A DNA stretch of 64,000 nt, taken from positions 96,001 through 160,000 of IMG/VR virus record IMGVR_UViG_3300033075_001536. One strand, 5' to 3'. The notes under the pieces are model-generated. The model had not been told where the DNA came from. It made no database searches and was given only the letters and a program-made list of their open reading frames with translations. Below are positions 1 through 10,637 of the stretch, in pieces. The position numbers and the translations under genes are program-made. Every line of letters starts with the position of its first letter. Position 1 is the stretch's first letter. The stretch comes from a virus (Duplodnaviria; Caudoviricetes).

Positions 1-1
1 T

Positions 2-427
2 ATGAAAAAACTACTAACAATCGTATTGCTTGTCGTTGCAAGTTTAAGTTCTTGTAAAAAAGAAGAAATAAATCCAAATACATGTCATTGTGGTGTTGTT
101 ACACGTACTGGTGTGTATGGATCCTCAACAGAAGGCATAGACGCTATATCCTCTTTATCCAACACACAAAATGGATCGGTTGTTATTCAAAATGAATGTT
201 CTGGTAAAAGAAATTTGTTTCAAATATCACAAAATGATTGGATACTTGTTAGTGATTCGACTCATGTTGAAGGATGGTTTACTAGTTCACTTCCAGATAG
301 TTCACGGATTAGTACTCATGTGTGTGTTGTTAAATATAATTGTCCATTTCAATTATCTAAAACAATTGTTTCATCCATTGAAGTAAATGATTGTTTTATA
401 AATGCTCCAGAATGGAATTTTCATTAA
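2..427 (+). CDS. Putative lipoprotein
   Basis: N-terminal MKK, hydrophobic stretch and lipobox LSSC. Confidence 0.6.
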   Translation: MKKLLTIVLLVVASLSSCKKEEINPNTCHCGVVTRTGVYGSSTEGIDAISSLSNTQNGSVVIQNECSGKRNLFQISQNDWILVSDSTHVEGWFTSSLPDSSRISTHVCVVKYNCPFQLSKTIVSSIEVNDCFINAPEWNFH

Positions 428-439
428 AAATTATAAATT

Positions 440-646
440 TTGATGAAATCGTATTATATTTATTATTCAGAAGGAACTAATCATGATAATCGTGATGATG
501 TTGCTATCACAGAAGCTATTGATCTACCAAAAGCTGTAGAAATATTTAAAGAATATTATACCAATGCTTCAAATGAGAATGTAAAAAAGGTTGATCTTTA
601 TAGAGAAGGATATGTACAAGGAATTCAAATAATATCAAATTACTAA
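440..646 (+). CDS. Hypothetical protein
   Basis: ORF tiles between neighbours, no recognisable motif. Confidence 0.5.
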   Translation: MMKSYYIYYSEGTNHDNRDDVAITEAIDLPKAVEIFKEYYTNASNENVKKVDLYREGYVQGIQIISNY

Positions 647-660
647 ACAAAATAAAAACT

Positions 661-1167
661 ATGAAAAAATTAATTTACCTATTAACATTTATCGGTCTTA
701 TTTCTATTACTTCTTGTATTAATGAAAACTACAAGAAAGGTTCTAATGTAGGAACTATTGCAAATTTTGGACTTCAAGGAAATATTTTTAAATCCTATGA
801 AGGTCATTTAAATGTTACTCAGACCGGTATGAACTCGTCTACTGGTATGGACTTTTCTATTGATAATGATAATGAACCAGCTGGTGTGGTACAAACACTT
901 CAAGCTGCTCAAGATAAAGGTTGGAAGGTGAAAATAACCTATCATGAAGTTTCTTTAAAGAATCTTTTTTCAAATCGAGGACATACTGATTGTTTTGTTA
1001 CTTCTGTTCAAATAGAAGATAGTACTTTTAATACAATTTTTAAGAATACACCAACTCCAGATCATTCATATGATGCTGAATTGTCTCATAAAGGTCATGT
1101 TATTGATACGGTTATAAACATTTCTGTTACATTATCAGAAGCTCGTAAAAATGGTTGGATAAAATAA
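661..1167 (+). CDS. Putative lipoprotein
   Basis: Signal peptide with lipobox ITSC; A-rich leader. Confidence 0.65.
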   Translation: MKKLIYLLTFIGLISITSCINENYKKGSNVGTIANFGLQGNIFKSYEGHLNVTQTGMNSSTGMDFSIDNDNEPAGVVQTLQAAQDKGWKVKITYHEVSLKNLFSNRGHTDCFVTSVQIEDSTFNTIFKNTPTPDHSYDAELSHKGHVIDTVINISVTLSEARKNGWIK

Positions 1168-1493
1168 TGGCAACAAAAGAATATAAACTTATTAAACTAA
1201 AGGAAAATCCTGCAATTGCAATTTTGCACGAGAAGGGTATTTTAGTTAAACAAACAGAGTTTAATGATATGCCCTATAATTTTCAAATGTCTGTTTGTGA
1301 GTTTTTAAATAGAAAACTACCAACTATGTGGGAGGATGATCCATTTATTGGTCAAGTTCTTCCAAGTGGTTTATATGATGCTTGGGTAGATGAATATCCA
1401 GATCACTCAGAAGTTTTAGTTGATTCAGATTATTATAGAATTTGTGTAGCTGTTATTTTGGTGGATGATTGGGCCGAGGTGATTGATTATTAA
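1155..1493 (+). CDS. Hypothetical protein
   Basis: ORF overlapping the upstream stop (start may be ATG at 1167). Confidence 0.55.
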   Translation: MDKIMATKEYKLIKLKENPAIAILHEKGILVKQTEFNDMPYNFQMSVCEFLNRKLPTMWEDDPFIGQVLPSGLYDAWVDEYPDHSEVLVDSDYYRICVAVILVDDWAEVIDY

Positions 1494-1533
1494 ATTTTTA
1501 GTTTTAATATATACTGAAAATAAATCCAAATAA

Positions 1534-2103
1534 GTGGAACAATTCAGTAAGTTAAAGCCAAAAAATGATTTCGATGAAGGTAAAGAAAAGGTTCTCTTTG
1601 ATGGAGACTATTTAAAAGTAGTTGATTTTGAAGGATCAAAAATTCTCAAAGAAAAAGATACGGTTATCTGCATACCCTATCTAATTGAAGAAAATAAAAT
1701 TATTTTAAGACACGAATATGTTCCATCTTATAAAATGGCTGATGGACAAGATTATCACATGACAGTGATATCTGGTGGAATCGAGGCCGGAGAAACCCCA
1801 GAGAAAGCTTTATATAGAGAGTTAGAAGAAGAGGCTGGAATCACTGTTCGTCCTGGGTATCAACCAGAGGTTCTAAAACCATTATTCATATTTAAAACAT
1901 CTTCTAATAAATACTATCCCTATTTACTTAGTCTTTCATCCACCGATTTTCAAGAGGTGATGGCTAAAGGAGATGGATCTCATTTAGAGAAAAAATCTAA
2001 ATCAGTTAAAGTAGATGTAAAGTTTCTTAAATCAATTAATTCTTCAGATCTAATTACTGAATTTATGATAGATAAAATTAAAAAATTTATTAACCAGGAA
2101 TGA
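1534..2103 (+). CDS. NUDIX hydrolase
   Basis: Nudix box GGIEAGETPEKALYRELEEEAG. Confidence 0.9.
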   Translation: MEQFSKLKPKNDFDEGKEKVLFDGDYLKVVDFEGSKILKEKDTVICIPYLIEENKIILRHEYVPSYKMADGQDYHMTVISGGIEAGETPEKALYRELEEEAGITVRPGYQPEVLKPLFIFKTSSNKYYPYLLSLSSTDFQEVMAKGDGSHLEKKSKSVKVDVKFLKSINSSDLITEFMIDKIKKFINQE

Positions 2104-2684
2104 TTTTTTTAGAAAGATTTGGTAGTTCTTCAAAAACAATAGATCAAAAAATTAAACTGATCCTACTTATCCAAAATATTGGAACAGGTCAAGGTAACTT
2201 TAATTTAGAGAGAGATATGTCAGAGAGAAAATTTCCGATGTTATATTCTTTGATGAAAGAAGATGGTTTAATGGAAATTCCGAATAAAATGCCAAAGCTA
2301 ACTATGTCTGAGAAGGGACATGTGGAGGAGATGTATGATTATTTAGATAAAAAATTTGGAATAAGTGTTCTTCCTGATCTATCACAAATCAGAGAATATT
2401 TTTATGATATTGTTGATCTTGGATTTAGTTTAGAGGAAAGTATTGTCCTCCAAAAACCTGGATCTTCTAAATCTTATGGAAAAATTTCAATGAACCAGTC
2501 ACACTATAAAATAAGGGTAGCTATTACACATGATGAAAGTAATCTTGGTATGCAATTATTTTTCGATCTTCAATCGACCATAGAAGCTATGATGATAACA
2601 CTGGAAGAGGTTTATAAAGCCGAATTAATTGTTGGTGGTGGTGCTAAATGGACAGATTTTAAAATATTAATAACATCACAATAA
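2100..2684 (+). CDS. Hypothetical protein of the repeated 'I..(Y/I)F.D+.D.GF' family
   Basis: QIREYFYDIVDLGF motif shared with many ORFs in the window. Confidence 0.55.
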   Translation: MIFLERFGSSSKTIDQKIKLILLIQNIGTGQGNFNLERDMSERKFPMLYSLMKEDGLMEIPNKMPKLTMSEKGHVEEMYDYLDKKFGISVLPDLSQIREYFYDIVDLGFSLEESIVLQKPGSSKSYGKISMNQSHYKIRVAITHDESNLGMQLFFDLQSTIEAMMITLEEVYKAELIVGGGAKWTDFKILITSQ

Positions 2685-2712
2685 AAAAGAGTTAGATTTC
2701 TCTAACTCTTTT
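2685..2712. terminator. Bidirectional intrinsic terminator
   Basis: AAAAGAGTTAGA-TTTC-TCTAACTCTTTT perfect inverted repeat between convergent genes. Confidence 0.85.
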
Positions 2713-2732
2713 CAAATAGCTGTTCAACTTTT

Positions 2733-3767
2733 TTATTTTAATTTTTTACCACAAGACGGGCAAAAATTTTCAGACCCTTTTAATTTATTTCCACAATTTT
2801 CACAAAAATTCAGTTGAACATTGTTCATTAAATTTCTGATTTCCTCTTTGTGTTTTGGTTGTATAATATCCCTGGTGTCAATAGGTCTTCTTGACTCTGG
2901 TAATATTTGTAATACAACTGATGTAATACACATACTTTGAAATTGCATATCTATTTCTGTGAATTGTTGTGAGGAAGATGATCCTTTTTCAATTCTACCA
3001 GTTTCAATATTTGAACTACAATTGAATGATTGAACATTGTTCAATGTAAATCCGTCAGACAATTGTGAATAAGAATTGCTAATATTTATTGATCCACTCG
3101 TTAAGTTTAAATTACCATCTCCTTGTAAAGTTGTATAATTTGCGGTATTTGTTGTTAATGCTGATCCAAAACATCCGCCAGTTGTTATGCTTCCACCAAT
3201 TGGATTTAGCCAATATGGATAGGTTCTATAAAATGGATAGTAGTCATAATGGTGATAGTGTTTTTCAATTACCTTTGGATAATTTGGAATATTCACCACT
3301 TCTTCCTTGAAAAATCTTACTTCCAGTAATCCATTTTTAGCAATTGCTTCCATAGATTGATTTGTATTTTCAACCTCATAAGTTTTGAATACAAATTTTT
3401 TCTTATCATCTGGAAAGCAATCTAGATAAAACCTCTGACCTGGTCGTAAGACGAGTCCAGATGATGATACAGACTGTCCATTTAGTTTTATGTCACATAG
3501 AATACAAGATGTGAGTGGGTTGTATAATTCGATTAAGAACTCGGTATTGTCATCTAAATAGACTTTACCATTTTTGATAGATTTTCGGCCTCTATCAGAC
3601 ATGGAACAGATCCATGCACCGGGCATCATTGATGCTCTTGGTTGTTTAACTTTCATAGTTATTCTTTTATTTTTTTGACCTATATCTTCAAGACTTTCAT
3701 CTTTCAAAAGTATTACTTGAATACTCGACATAGATTTGAAGCGAACAGCTACATGGATATATATCAA
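2733..3767 (-). CDS. Hypothetical protein with C-terminal zinc ribbon (true start possibly about 3656)
   Basis: C-terminal FCENCG...FCPSCG. Confidence 0.7.
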   Translation of the reverse strand: MIYIHVAVRFKSMSSIQVILLKDESLEDIGQKNKRITMKVKQPRASMMPGAWICSMSDRGRKSIKNGKVYLDDNTEFLIELYNPLTSCILCDIKLNGQSVSSSGLVLRPGQRFYLDCFPDDKKKFVFKTYEVENTNQSMEAIAKNGLLEVRFFKEEVVNIPNYPKVIEKHYHHYDYYPFYRTYPYWLNPIGGSITTGGCFGSALTTNTANYTTLQGDGNLNLTSGSINISNSYSQLSDGFTLNNVQSFNCSSNIETGRIEKGSSSSQQFTEIDMQFQSMCITSVVLQILPESRRPIDTRDIIQPKHKEEIRNLMNNVQLNFCENCGNKLKGSENFCPSCGKKLK

Positions 3768-3784
3768 AGTTGATGTCCGTTGTT

Positions 3785-3793
3785 TAATATATA
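3785..3793 (+). promoter_or_regulatory. Putative phage late promoter TAATATATA (representative of more than 20 copies)
   Basis: Recurs 4-6 nt upstream of start codons at 3798, 14934, 20023, 20512, 27338, 43422, 47802, 53291, 62832 and many minus-strand genes. Confidence 0.75.
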
Positions 3794-3797
3794 ATTA

Positions 3798-4346
3798 ATG
3801 AAATATATTAAGCTTTTTGAAAATTTTAATAATATTGGACGAGTTGTTTTAACTGGAGTTTCTGGTAGTGGAAAGACGACACTTTTAAACTATCTATCAA
3901 AAGATTTTAAAACTATTCCAGAGGCAGCCAGAGAACTAATTATAGAATTAAAAAAAAGTGATCCGTCTAAACTACCTTGGAATAATAGAGGTGAATTTCA
4001 AAAGCTAGTTGAAAAAAAGCAAGTAGATAATTTTTTAGAAAATGATAATTGTTTTTTTGATAGGGGAATTATTGATGAGGTCGCTTATAATTTGGCATAT
4101 GGTAGAGACATTTCAAATACTCTTAAATCACAATGTGTGAATTATAAATATGATAAAGTTTTTTTATTTAAACCTTATCCAGAAATATATGCTAATGATG
4201 CTGAAAGAGTTGAATCATTTGAAGAGTCTTCTAGGCTATTTCCATTTTTTGTTGAAGCATATAAATCCTATGGATATAATCCGGTTTTAATGATTAATGA
4301 TAGTTTGGAGAAACGCTTGGAATTTATATTAAATAGTATCTTGTAA
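3798..4346 (+). CDS. AAA_28/NadR-like P-loop ATPase or kinase with N-terminal CTS-like peptide
   Basis: GVSGSGKTT Walker A, PEAAR, FFDRG; starts MKYIKLFENF. Confidence 0.8.
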   Translation: MKYIKLFENFNNIGRVVLTGVSGSGKTTLLNYLSKDFKTIPEAARELIIELKKSDPSKLPWNNRGEFQKLVEKKQVDNFLENDNCFFDRGIIDEVAYNLAYGRDISNTLKSQCVNYKYDKVFLFKPYPEIYANDAERVESFEESSRLFPFFVEAYKSYGYNPVLMINDSLEKRLEFILNSIL

Positions 4347-4726
4347 TGAAATATCTTAAAAAATTTGAAAATTTGGTGTGGGAATTTAGTGTAGAAGAAG
4401 TTACCAACATTCTACAAGATTTTATGGACGAAGGATGGGACATTCGAATTAATAAATCATTTGAGGCTATTTGCATTCATGTTCATATTCCAATGAAAGT
4501 TATTCAAAGTGGTATAAATTACAATGCTCTAAATTATTTCCAAAAGGATTATGTTCCAGAAATGCAGAGAAAGGTGAGGTCGATTAAAAATAGATTAATA
4601 GAGTTTGGATTTGATAAGAAAAATATTTGTGGAGACAGTGGTCAGAAATTAAAGCACGAATGCTATAATGTTCAAAATCAATCTTATTACTGCACTATTT
4701 TTCTTTTAGATAAATCTTATTTCTAA
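4346..4726 (+). CDS. CTS-like peptide protein, repeated family
   Basis: MKYLKKFENL; ILQDFMDEG; RLIEFG. Confidence 0.65.
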   Translation: MKYLKKFENLVWEFSVEEVTNILQDFMDEGWDIRINKSFEAICIHVHIPMKVIQSGINYNALNYFQKDYVPEMQRKVRSIKNRLIEFGFDKKNICGDSGQKLKHECYNVQNQSYYCTIFLLDKSYF

Positions 4727-5231
4727 ATATTAAATATGTCCAATATATGGTTAGATAACAATCATAAACAAGTGAGAATATTGGTACTTTTATTCCCATA
4801 AAAGCTAAAGTGATAAATGATATTAATATAATTATAAATCCACCAACCAAAGTGAAATCTAATTTTCTTTCGTTTTCAATAAAAAACTTTCTAATTTTTA
4901 TTTTGTCTATCCAAGAATTTGTTATTTCTGTTAACTTTTGGTCCCTTTCACACTTTTGACATAATTTTAATCCTTCATTTGGTTTGAATGGATTTGGATT
5001 GGTGCTATTTACACCACCTTGAGTCACCCAATTAGTTGCCCAGTTTCGGAAATATTCGTCATCTGAAATAATCTCAGAATTACACCCATAACAATATCTT
5101 CCTTCTTTTATTTGGTGAATGGACACAGAGTTTTTTATCCATTTAAACATTCCAAATGCTCCGTATGCAATTAGTCCTAAATTAAAAAATGATATAATTG
5201 TTGATAAAAGCTTGATGGTTTCTGGAGACAT
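4695..5231 (-). CDS. Membrane protein with Cys cluster and internal RDQKLTEI motif
   Basis: Hydrophobic segments, CxxC...CxxC; ATG at 5231 lies just downstream of a TATCTTTG promoter. Confidence 0.6.
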   Translation of the reverse strand: MSPETIKLLSTIISFFNLGLIAYGAFGMFKWIKNSVSIHQIKEGRYCYGCNSEIISDDEYFRNWATNWVTQGGVNSTNPNPFKPNEGLKLCQKCERDQKLTEITNSWIDKIKIRKFFIENERKLDFTLVGGFIIILISFITLAFMGIKVPIFSLVYDCYLTIYWTYLIFRNKIYLKEK

Positions 5232-5266
5232 AATTTCTAGCAAAGATATTAAATATATAATAGAAT

Positions 5267-5626
5267 ATGATAAAAAGTTGGAAAAAATTTAATGAGAGAA
5301 TATTTACCAATGCAAAAAATTTAGATATTAATTTCGATACTTTGACGGATATATTCCAAGATATTATGGATGATTTTCCGATGGATATTGAAATTTATAA
5401 AAATAAAAATGAGGTATTGGTTGTTAAGTTGGATGGAGGTTGGTTTGGATCAATGGTCAATCCAGAAGTTTGGAACGAAATTAAAAGAATAGAAAGAGAA
5501 ATGAATGATGGTGGGTATATTGATCAAATAGGATCTAGAATGGAGGAAATTGGATATAAAATTGAACCAAATCATATGTTTTTATATCATGATTCTTTTT
5601 ATATGACTTTTGAAAAAATTTCCTAA
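5267..5626 (+). CDS. CTS-like peptide protein, repeated family
   Basis: MIKSWKKFNE; DIFQDIMDDFP; RMEEIG. Confidence 0.65.
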   Translation: MIKSWKKFNERIFTNAKNLDINFDTLTDIFQDIMDDFPMDIEIYKNKNEVLVVKLDGGWFGSMVNPEVWNEIKRIEREMNDGGYIDQIGSRMEEIGYKIEPNHMFLYHDSFYMTFEKIS

Positions 5627-5709
5627 AAATTTATCTCAAAAATAGGCAATCCGCCATTAGTTTTTTATATATAATTTAATCACAAAAATTTTAAAGTTTT
5701 GTAATAAAA

Positions 5710-5991
5710 GTGAAGCAATTGCTAGTTGTAATCCTTTCTATTTTTCTACTTTGTTCTTGTTCAACAACAAGAATATCTGGCTCTATGCAATCTGGTTATA
5801 AAATCATAAATAAGTTAGAGACAATTAATTGTAAAGGAAGATTTATTTATTATTTGGTTCCAACAACTATTGGGAGAATTGCAAAAGATTCTTCTTTTGG
5901 ATCGGTGGACTATGTGATTATGGATTGTGACTCATTTGATATAGGTGATGAACTACTTACCTTAGATAATATTAATTTCTTTTCACATTAA
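5710..5991 (+). CDS. Putative lipoprotein
   Basis: Hydrophobic N-terminus with LCSC lipobox. Confidence 0.5.
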   Translation: MKQLLVVILSIFLLCSCSTTRISGSMQSGYKIINKLETINCKGRFIYYLVPTTIGRIAKDSSFGSVDYVIMDCDSFDIGDELLTLDNINFFSH

Positions 5992-6348
5992 TCCAATGAT
6001 ATCTCTTATCTCAGCAGCTTCTTCATAGTTCTCGTTTTCAACATATTTATCTAAAATTCTTTCCAAAATATCTTTACGACTTGGCTCATCAATTAGATCG
6101 ATATGTGATACCGAAAATGGGTAAATTCTATTTAGTTTAATATTTTTGTTAATTTCAGATGACCAGTTTTCAACAATGACAATGTATCCACTTTTTTCTT
6201 CAATAGTATATTCACAAGTCATATTATATCTATCGACCATCATCATAAATTTATTAAATGTTAAATCATTTAATATTTTATTGTTATTTTCATCATCACC
6301 ATTTCCTGGTTCCATTCCTAGCATTTTTAATATGTCGTCAATGTTCAT
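5983..6348 (-). CDS. UvrB/UvrC (UVR) motif protein
   Basis: C-terminal ENENYEEAAEIRD. Confidence 0.7.
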   Translation of the reverse strand: MNIDDILKMLGMEPGNGDDENNNKILNDLTFNKFMMMVDRYNMTCEYTIEEKSGYIVIVENWSSEINKNIKLNRIYPFSVSHIDLIDEPSRKDILERILDKYVENENYEEAAEIRDIIGLM

Positions 6349-6362
6349 AATATCTTATATAT

Positions 6363-7052
6363 CTAGGAGTGATAAGTCGATTTTAGATATTTTGAAATAA
6401 TAATTGCGTCATTGACATCTTCTATTGGTTTTGGTATATTCATTTTATCCAATTCTGATTTATATTCTCTCAGTAGATTGACATATTTATCTTGATAGTT
6501 TTCATTTTCTATAAGTGATAAGTACATTTCTCTTTTTTTGAATGATCCACCACTAATACCTTCGTGGTTTTTACATACAATTTTAGGGTTCTTTTTTCCC
6601 TTAGAAGTGTATGGATAAGTCATCATGCAGGAATTTAACTTTAAGGTGCTAGGAGAATATATTTTTATATTATTGGAGACTTTTTCAAATAATTTTATTC
6701 TCAGTAGTGTTGAATAGGTTACTAAATCAATAAGTGGTCCTGCATTACTGGAGTAACTAAATCCTTCAATTCCGATAACTGTCCCACCTTCTACTAAATT
6801 ATCTAAAATATCATCTATTATTAGATCAGTGACATCATTATAGTCCAATAATTTTGATATTTGTTCATCTGAATAGTTTTTGGATTTGGAGTAGTTGGTA
6901 AATCGATAGGTGATAAGCTCTTCAAATATTTTATACCATTTAGATAGTCCAGATTTGTTGCAAGCTTTGTCTTCCGAAACATAGTTAAAAATTTTATCGT
7001 TAATAATGACAGCTGTTGAGGTTAGTGATGGATCAATGGCTATATAATTCAT
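6363..7052 (-). CDS. RuvC-like Holliday junction resolvase
   Basis: IAIDPSLTSTA, IGIEGFSY and EDVNDA acidic motifs of the RNase H/RuvC fold. Confidence 0.75.
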   Translation of the reverse strand: MNYIAIDPSLTSTAVIINDKIFNYVSEDKACNKSGLSKWYKIFEELITYRFTNYSKSKNYSDEQISKLLDYNDVTDLIIDDILDNLVEGGTVIGIEGFSYSSNAGPLIDLVTYSTLLRIKLFEKVSNNIKIYSPSTLKLNSCMMTYPYTSKGKKNPKIVCKNHEGISGGSFKKREMYLSLIENENYQDKYVNLLREYKSELDKMNIPKPIEDVNDAIIISKYLKSTYHS

Positions 7053-7076
7053 TCATTATATATACTTTTGAGTATT

Positions 7077-9161
7077 TTACCTTTTTGGTCTATCTCTGTC
7101 TGCCTTTAAATGTGTTCTAACATAGTCAGCAAATTTCTTATATTTTCCGTCTTTTTGTATTTGTAGAGAACTTTCGTCCAATTTAGATCTTCCATCATCC
7201 ACAAACTTCTGTAGCCAATCTAACATATCTTCTTTTTGGGCCTTGGTTAGCTTTCTAGAGTGTCTTAGCCAGTTCATCGGTCTTTGCCAGTTATCTTTAA
7301 GTCCTTTCTCCCAGAACCATTCTATAACACCTTTCTGTCCGTGCTCAGCTGCCCAACAAAGTGGCATATTTTTCTCACCTTTCCAATTTGCTCCATATTC
7401 TATAACTAGTTTGATAGTATCAATGTTTCCTGAACGAGAAGATAATCTTAGAGCTAGTCCATTATCAAAATTTGGATCAAGTCCTTGTTCTAGGCAGTAT
7501 TTAATAGCATCATAGTCATCTGTAATAGATTTGAATACCTCTTGTGTTAACTCAGACCCAGCAGCAACTAAAAGCTTGATCATATCTAGATTACCAGCTT
7601 TACTAATGGTGTGTTCCATTTTATTTCCTTTAGACTGTGCTCTAAAATTCGGATTCGCGCCAAAATCAATTAATAGCTTTGCTTTATTATATGCTTTAAT
7701 TTCTGGTTCGGTTTTCTCAACAGCATCTCCCTGCTCAGCACCCGCAGCCTTTTTATTAGCGTCAACTATTTTTTTATGTTCCTCAACAGCATTGTGTAAA
7801 GCTTGTCCATGTCCTGTATTTGGGTCAGCACCATCTTCAGCAATGTATTTTCTAATTTGCTCAATAGTCAAATTTGGTTTAATCAACTCTCTATTTGCAA
7901 CAACTCTTCTTTTCTTTTGATCAATGTCACTTGGTGACATTGGTGTTAAATGGCTCCATATAGAATTTTTAGGTAACTTAGCTTTAACTTCAAATTGGTT
8001 AAATATTTCTTTACAATTACTTGCAATTCCCTGGTCGTTTTTGGCATGACATGCTCTGATTTTCTGACCAGGTTCAATGGTAATTCCAATGATATGCATG
8101 TTATCAGCCGGTCCTAAGTTAAAGTTATAGATATAATATTGTTTATTATAGTTGTTATCACCACCGACATAGGAATCCCAGTGTCCTACACTATCTTTTA
8201 TACAGTGCGATGTTGATGCATTTAACATTCTATTTGCTGGGAAAGATTTTATCTCTAGAACTAAAATTCCACCTTCATCAAATACGATATCTGCTCCATA
8301 ATCCATCAATTTCTCATTAGCAGCCTCAATGGCTTTGTAAAATTTGGTTTTATTTGAATTGGATAATCCATTGATATAATTTTGTGTTCCTGTTAAAAGC
8401 TCTCTAGCTGTGGTATATCTCTTAACAATTCTCAAGTGGCATCTTTGTAGAGCCCTCTTTTCTTCTTCATCTACATGTCCTGTAAGTGGGTCTTTTCCTA
8501 GATCATCAAATGCTACTGCACAATCAGATATTCCCCTTTTAACAGCAACTGGTGCTTCTAAAATTAGTTTTTTAAGAGCAGCTGGCATTTGATCAATAAA
8601 TCTTTTATATTTTCTATAAATATCTAATTGATTTAAATCATCTAGTAGATGCTCGTTGTTATTGGTAACTTCTGGATCTATATAAGATGCTATTGGTCTT
8701 CTTAGACCAGGTGATCCACCTTCCTGTTTAGCAAAAAGGTCAGTATATTGCATCATTTTATCAAAAAGGGTTTTAATTTCTTCTAAAGGAACTTTTTCAA
8801 CAAAATGGAAATAAACAAATAGATAAGCATATCCAAAATTTCTATCTCCCAAAATTTCTTTTATTTTGGCAAAATCTGGATGTCTTTCAATTTGCTTAAT
8901 TTCTTGTTCCGATAGTTTTAATTTCCAAATTTCTTGTTTAATATCAGCCTGTACATTTTCTGGAAAGTCGGTAATTTTTAAATTACCCATTCCGGTTTTT
9001 AGATCTTCTTTTTGCTCATAGCTTAACCCATTAGCATATTTAGAAAATACCTTATATGATACATATCTATCTTTTAAAAATTTTTTAGATTGTTGAATAT
9101 TTTCATTGATGAAGTCAACATCTGGTGATTTTATAAATCCATTATATTTCAGTAATTGCAT
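7077..9161 (-). CDS. Ankyrin-repeat protein with a central HCI (PcfJ-like) region
   Basis: Ankyrin repeats (GNLDMIKLLVAAG, GNIDTIKLVIEYGAN, PLCWAAEHG); STSHCI motif. Confidence 0.75.
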   Translation of the reverse strand: MQLLKYNGFIKSPDVDFINENIQQSKKFLKDRYVSYKVFSKYANGLSYEQKEDLKTGMGNLKITDFPENVQADIKQEIWKLKLSEQEIKQIERHPDFAKIKEILGDRNFGYAYLFVYFHFVEKVPLEEIKTLFDKMMQYTDLFAKQEGGSPGLRRPIASYIDPEVTNNNEHLLDDLNQLDIYRKYKRFIDQMPAALKKLILEAPVAVKRGISDCAVAFDDLGKDPLTGHVDEEEKRALQRCHLRIVKRYTTARELLTGTQNYINGLSNSNKTKFYKAIEAANEKLMDYGADIVFDEGGILVLEIKSFPANRMLNASTSHCIKDSVGHWDSYVGGDNNYNKQYYIYNFNLGPADNMHIIGITIEPGQKIRACHAKNDQGIASNCKEIFNQFEVKAKLPKNSIWSHLTPMSPSDIDQKKRRVVANRELIKPNLTIEQIRKYIAEDGADPNTGHGQALHNAVEEHKKIVDANKKAAGAEQGDAVEKTEPEIKAYNKAKLLIDFGANPNFRAQSKGNKMEHTISKAGNLDMIKLLVAAGSELTQEVFKSITDDYDAIKYCLEQGLDPNFDNGLALRLSSRSGNIDTIKLVIEYGANWKGEKNMPLCWAAEHGQKGVIEWFWEKGLKDNWQRPMNWLRHSRKLTKAQKEDMLDWLQKFVDDGRSKLDESSLQIQKDGKYKKFADYVRTHLKADRDRPKR

Positions 9162-9171
9162 GACTTATATA

Positions 9172-10635
9172 TTATTGTTTTAAAACTCTTTTTATTTCAG
9201 ATTCATATATTTTCCACATTAAATTTTCCTTTACTTTAATGAAGGGTGATATTTTTTTAACTGTTTCAAAATCACCATTATCTAGTGCTGTATCTAAGAT
9301 ATCCTGTAATTGGCTTTTACGCATGCTTGAATAATCCACTTCTTTGGTTTCCTCAGGAGTTTCCTGAACTTCTTCAGCTTCTGGAGTTTCCGATTTTGGC
9401 TCATCCTCATAGTCTGGAAGAACTTGCTGAAGTTCCCATTTATCTAACTCGTTTATAACGAGACTAACAAGTCCATCTACCTTTGTTCTAGCATCAGCAG
9501 TTTTTGATAATATTCCTTTCATTAAAGCTAAAAATTCTCTAGCTGGCATTTCTATCATTTTACCATATACATGCTCTCTTAAATTTGGATATTTGTCAAT
9601 TTCTCTGTTTTGATTGATGAAATCTCTCAAATCGGCAGCTATTTTTGGACCATATCTAAAATCTTCAGCCTCATCAGCTAGTGTGTCTGTATTTAGGAAA
9701 GTTATTTCGGCTGTTCTTGGATCTTGTGGAATTCCTTTAGCAGATATTACTTCATATAATCCTTTTATAGTTTCATGAATTAGCATTGGGAAATCAATTC
9801 CTCTTGCTTTTATACAAGGTCCTGTTGGTTCATCTTCTTCCTTTTCATCCTCATCTTTAGGTTTTTCTTCCTCTGCCTCATATTCTTTTGGCTCTTTTGG
9901 TTCCCAGTCCACTTTAACAGCACCAGCAAATCCTTCTGGTTGCTCTTCCATCATCTGTGCTTTCACATCAATTGGAACAACCCAATCTAATTTTTCTGCG
10001 GTGTCGGTTATTCTGTTCCAAATATCTAAAATTCTATTTGCTGTTTGATCACCATATATTTCAACTAATTTTTCACGAACCATTTCATGATGAAGCATAT
10101 GCTTTGCATTTTTAGCTTCTCCTTGCTGAATATTGTTGGCTATTTTTCTTTTATGAATTTCTGCTCTTACTTCAGCATCTCTTAACTCTTGGTAGGTTGG
10201 CATTTCACATTGTTCACATTCCTCATCTTTCATAAATTGACCAACTTTATTTGGTCCAAGTAGTTTTATATCTAGTTCGACATCTTGTAAAATTTCTGGA
10301 TAATGCAATCTAATTAGGTCTTCTGCAAGTTGCTCAAGTTGTGTAAATCTTTGTTGAACTTGTTGCTTTTGGTTTCTTGATCCACCTCCACCGTAAAATG
10401 TTTGAGGATTAATAATATCTCCGATCATAAGTTGCATATTTTGTTCAACAAGACCCATTATCTCTCTACCATATCTCATGGCAAGCATTTGATTGTCAAT
10501 GCCACCTGCTTTTCTACGACCTTCTTCTTCAGTGTCTCGCAAGTAATTTCCACTTCTATCACCAGCTTCACCAGGAATAGCAGGATTTCCTTTAATGGTA
10601 ATTTCCTCTTTTACAAATTGTGTATATTTTCTCAT
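9172..10635 (-). CDS. Putative virion/head protein with CTS-like N-terminus
   Basis: MRKYTQFVKEE; acidic linkers; downstream of late-type promoter operon. Confidence 0.5.
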   Translation of the reverse strand: MRKYTQFVKEEITIKGNPAIPGEAGDRSGNYLRDTEEEGRRKAGGIDNQMLAMRYGREIMGLVEQNMQLMIGDIINPQTFYGGGGSRNQKQQVQQRFTQLEQLAEDLIRLHYPEILQDVELDIKLLGPNKVGQFMKDEECEQCEMPTYQELRDAEVRAEIHKRKIANNIQQGEAKNAKHMLHHEMVREKLVEIYGDQTANRILDIWNRITDTAEKLDWVVPIDVKAQMMEEQPEGFAGAVKVDWEPKEPKEYEAEEEKPKDEDEKEEDEPTGPCIKARGIDFPMLIHETIKGLYEVISAKGIPQDPRTAEITFLNTDTLADEAEDFRYGPKIAADLRDFINQNREIDKYPNLREHVYGKMIEMPAREFLALMKGILSKTADARTKVDGLVSLVINELDKWELQQVLPDYEDEPKSETPEAEEVQETPEETKEVDYSSMRKSQLQDILDTALDNGDFETVKKISPFIKVKENLMWKIYESEIKRVLKQ

Positions 10636-10637
10636 AT

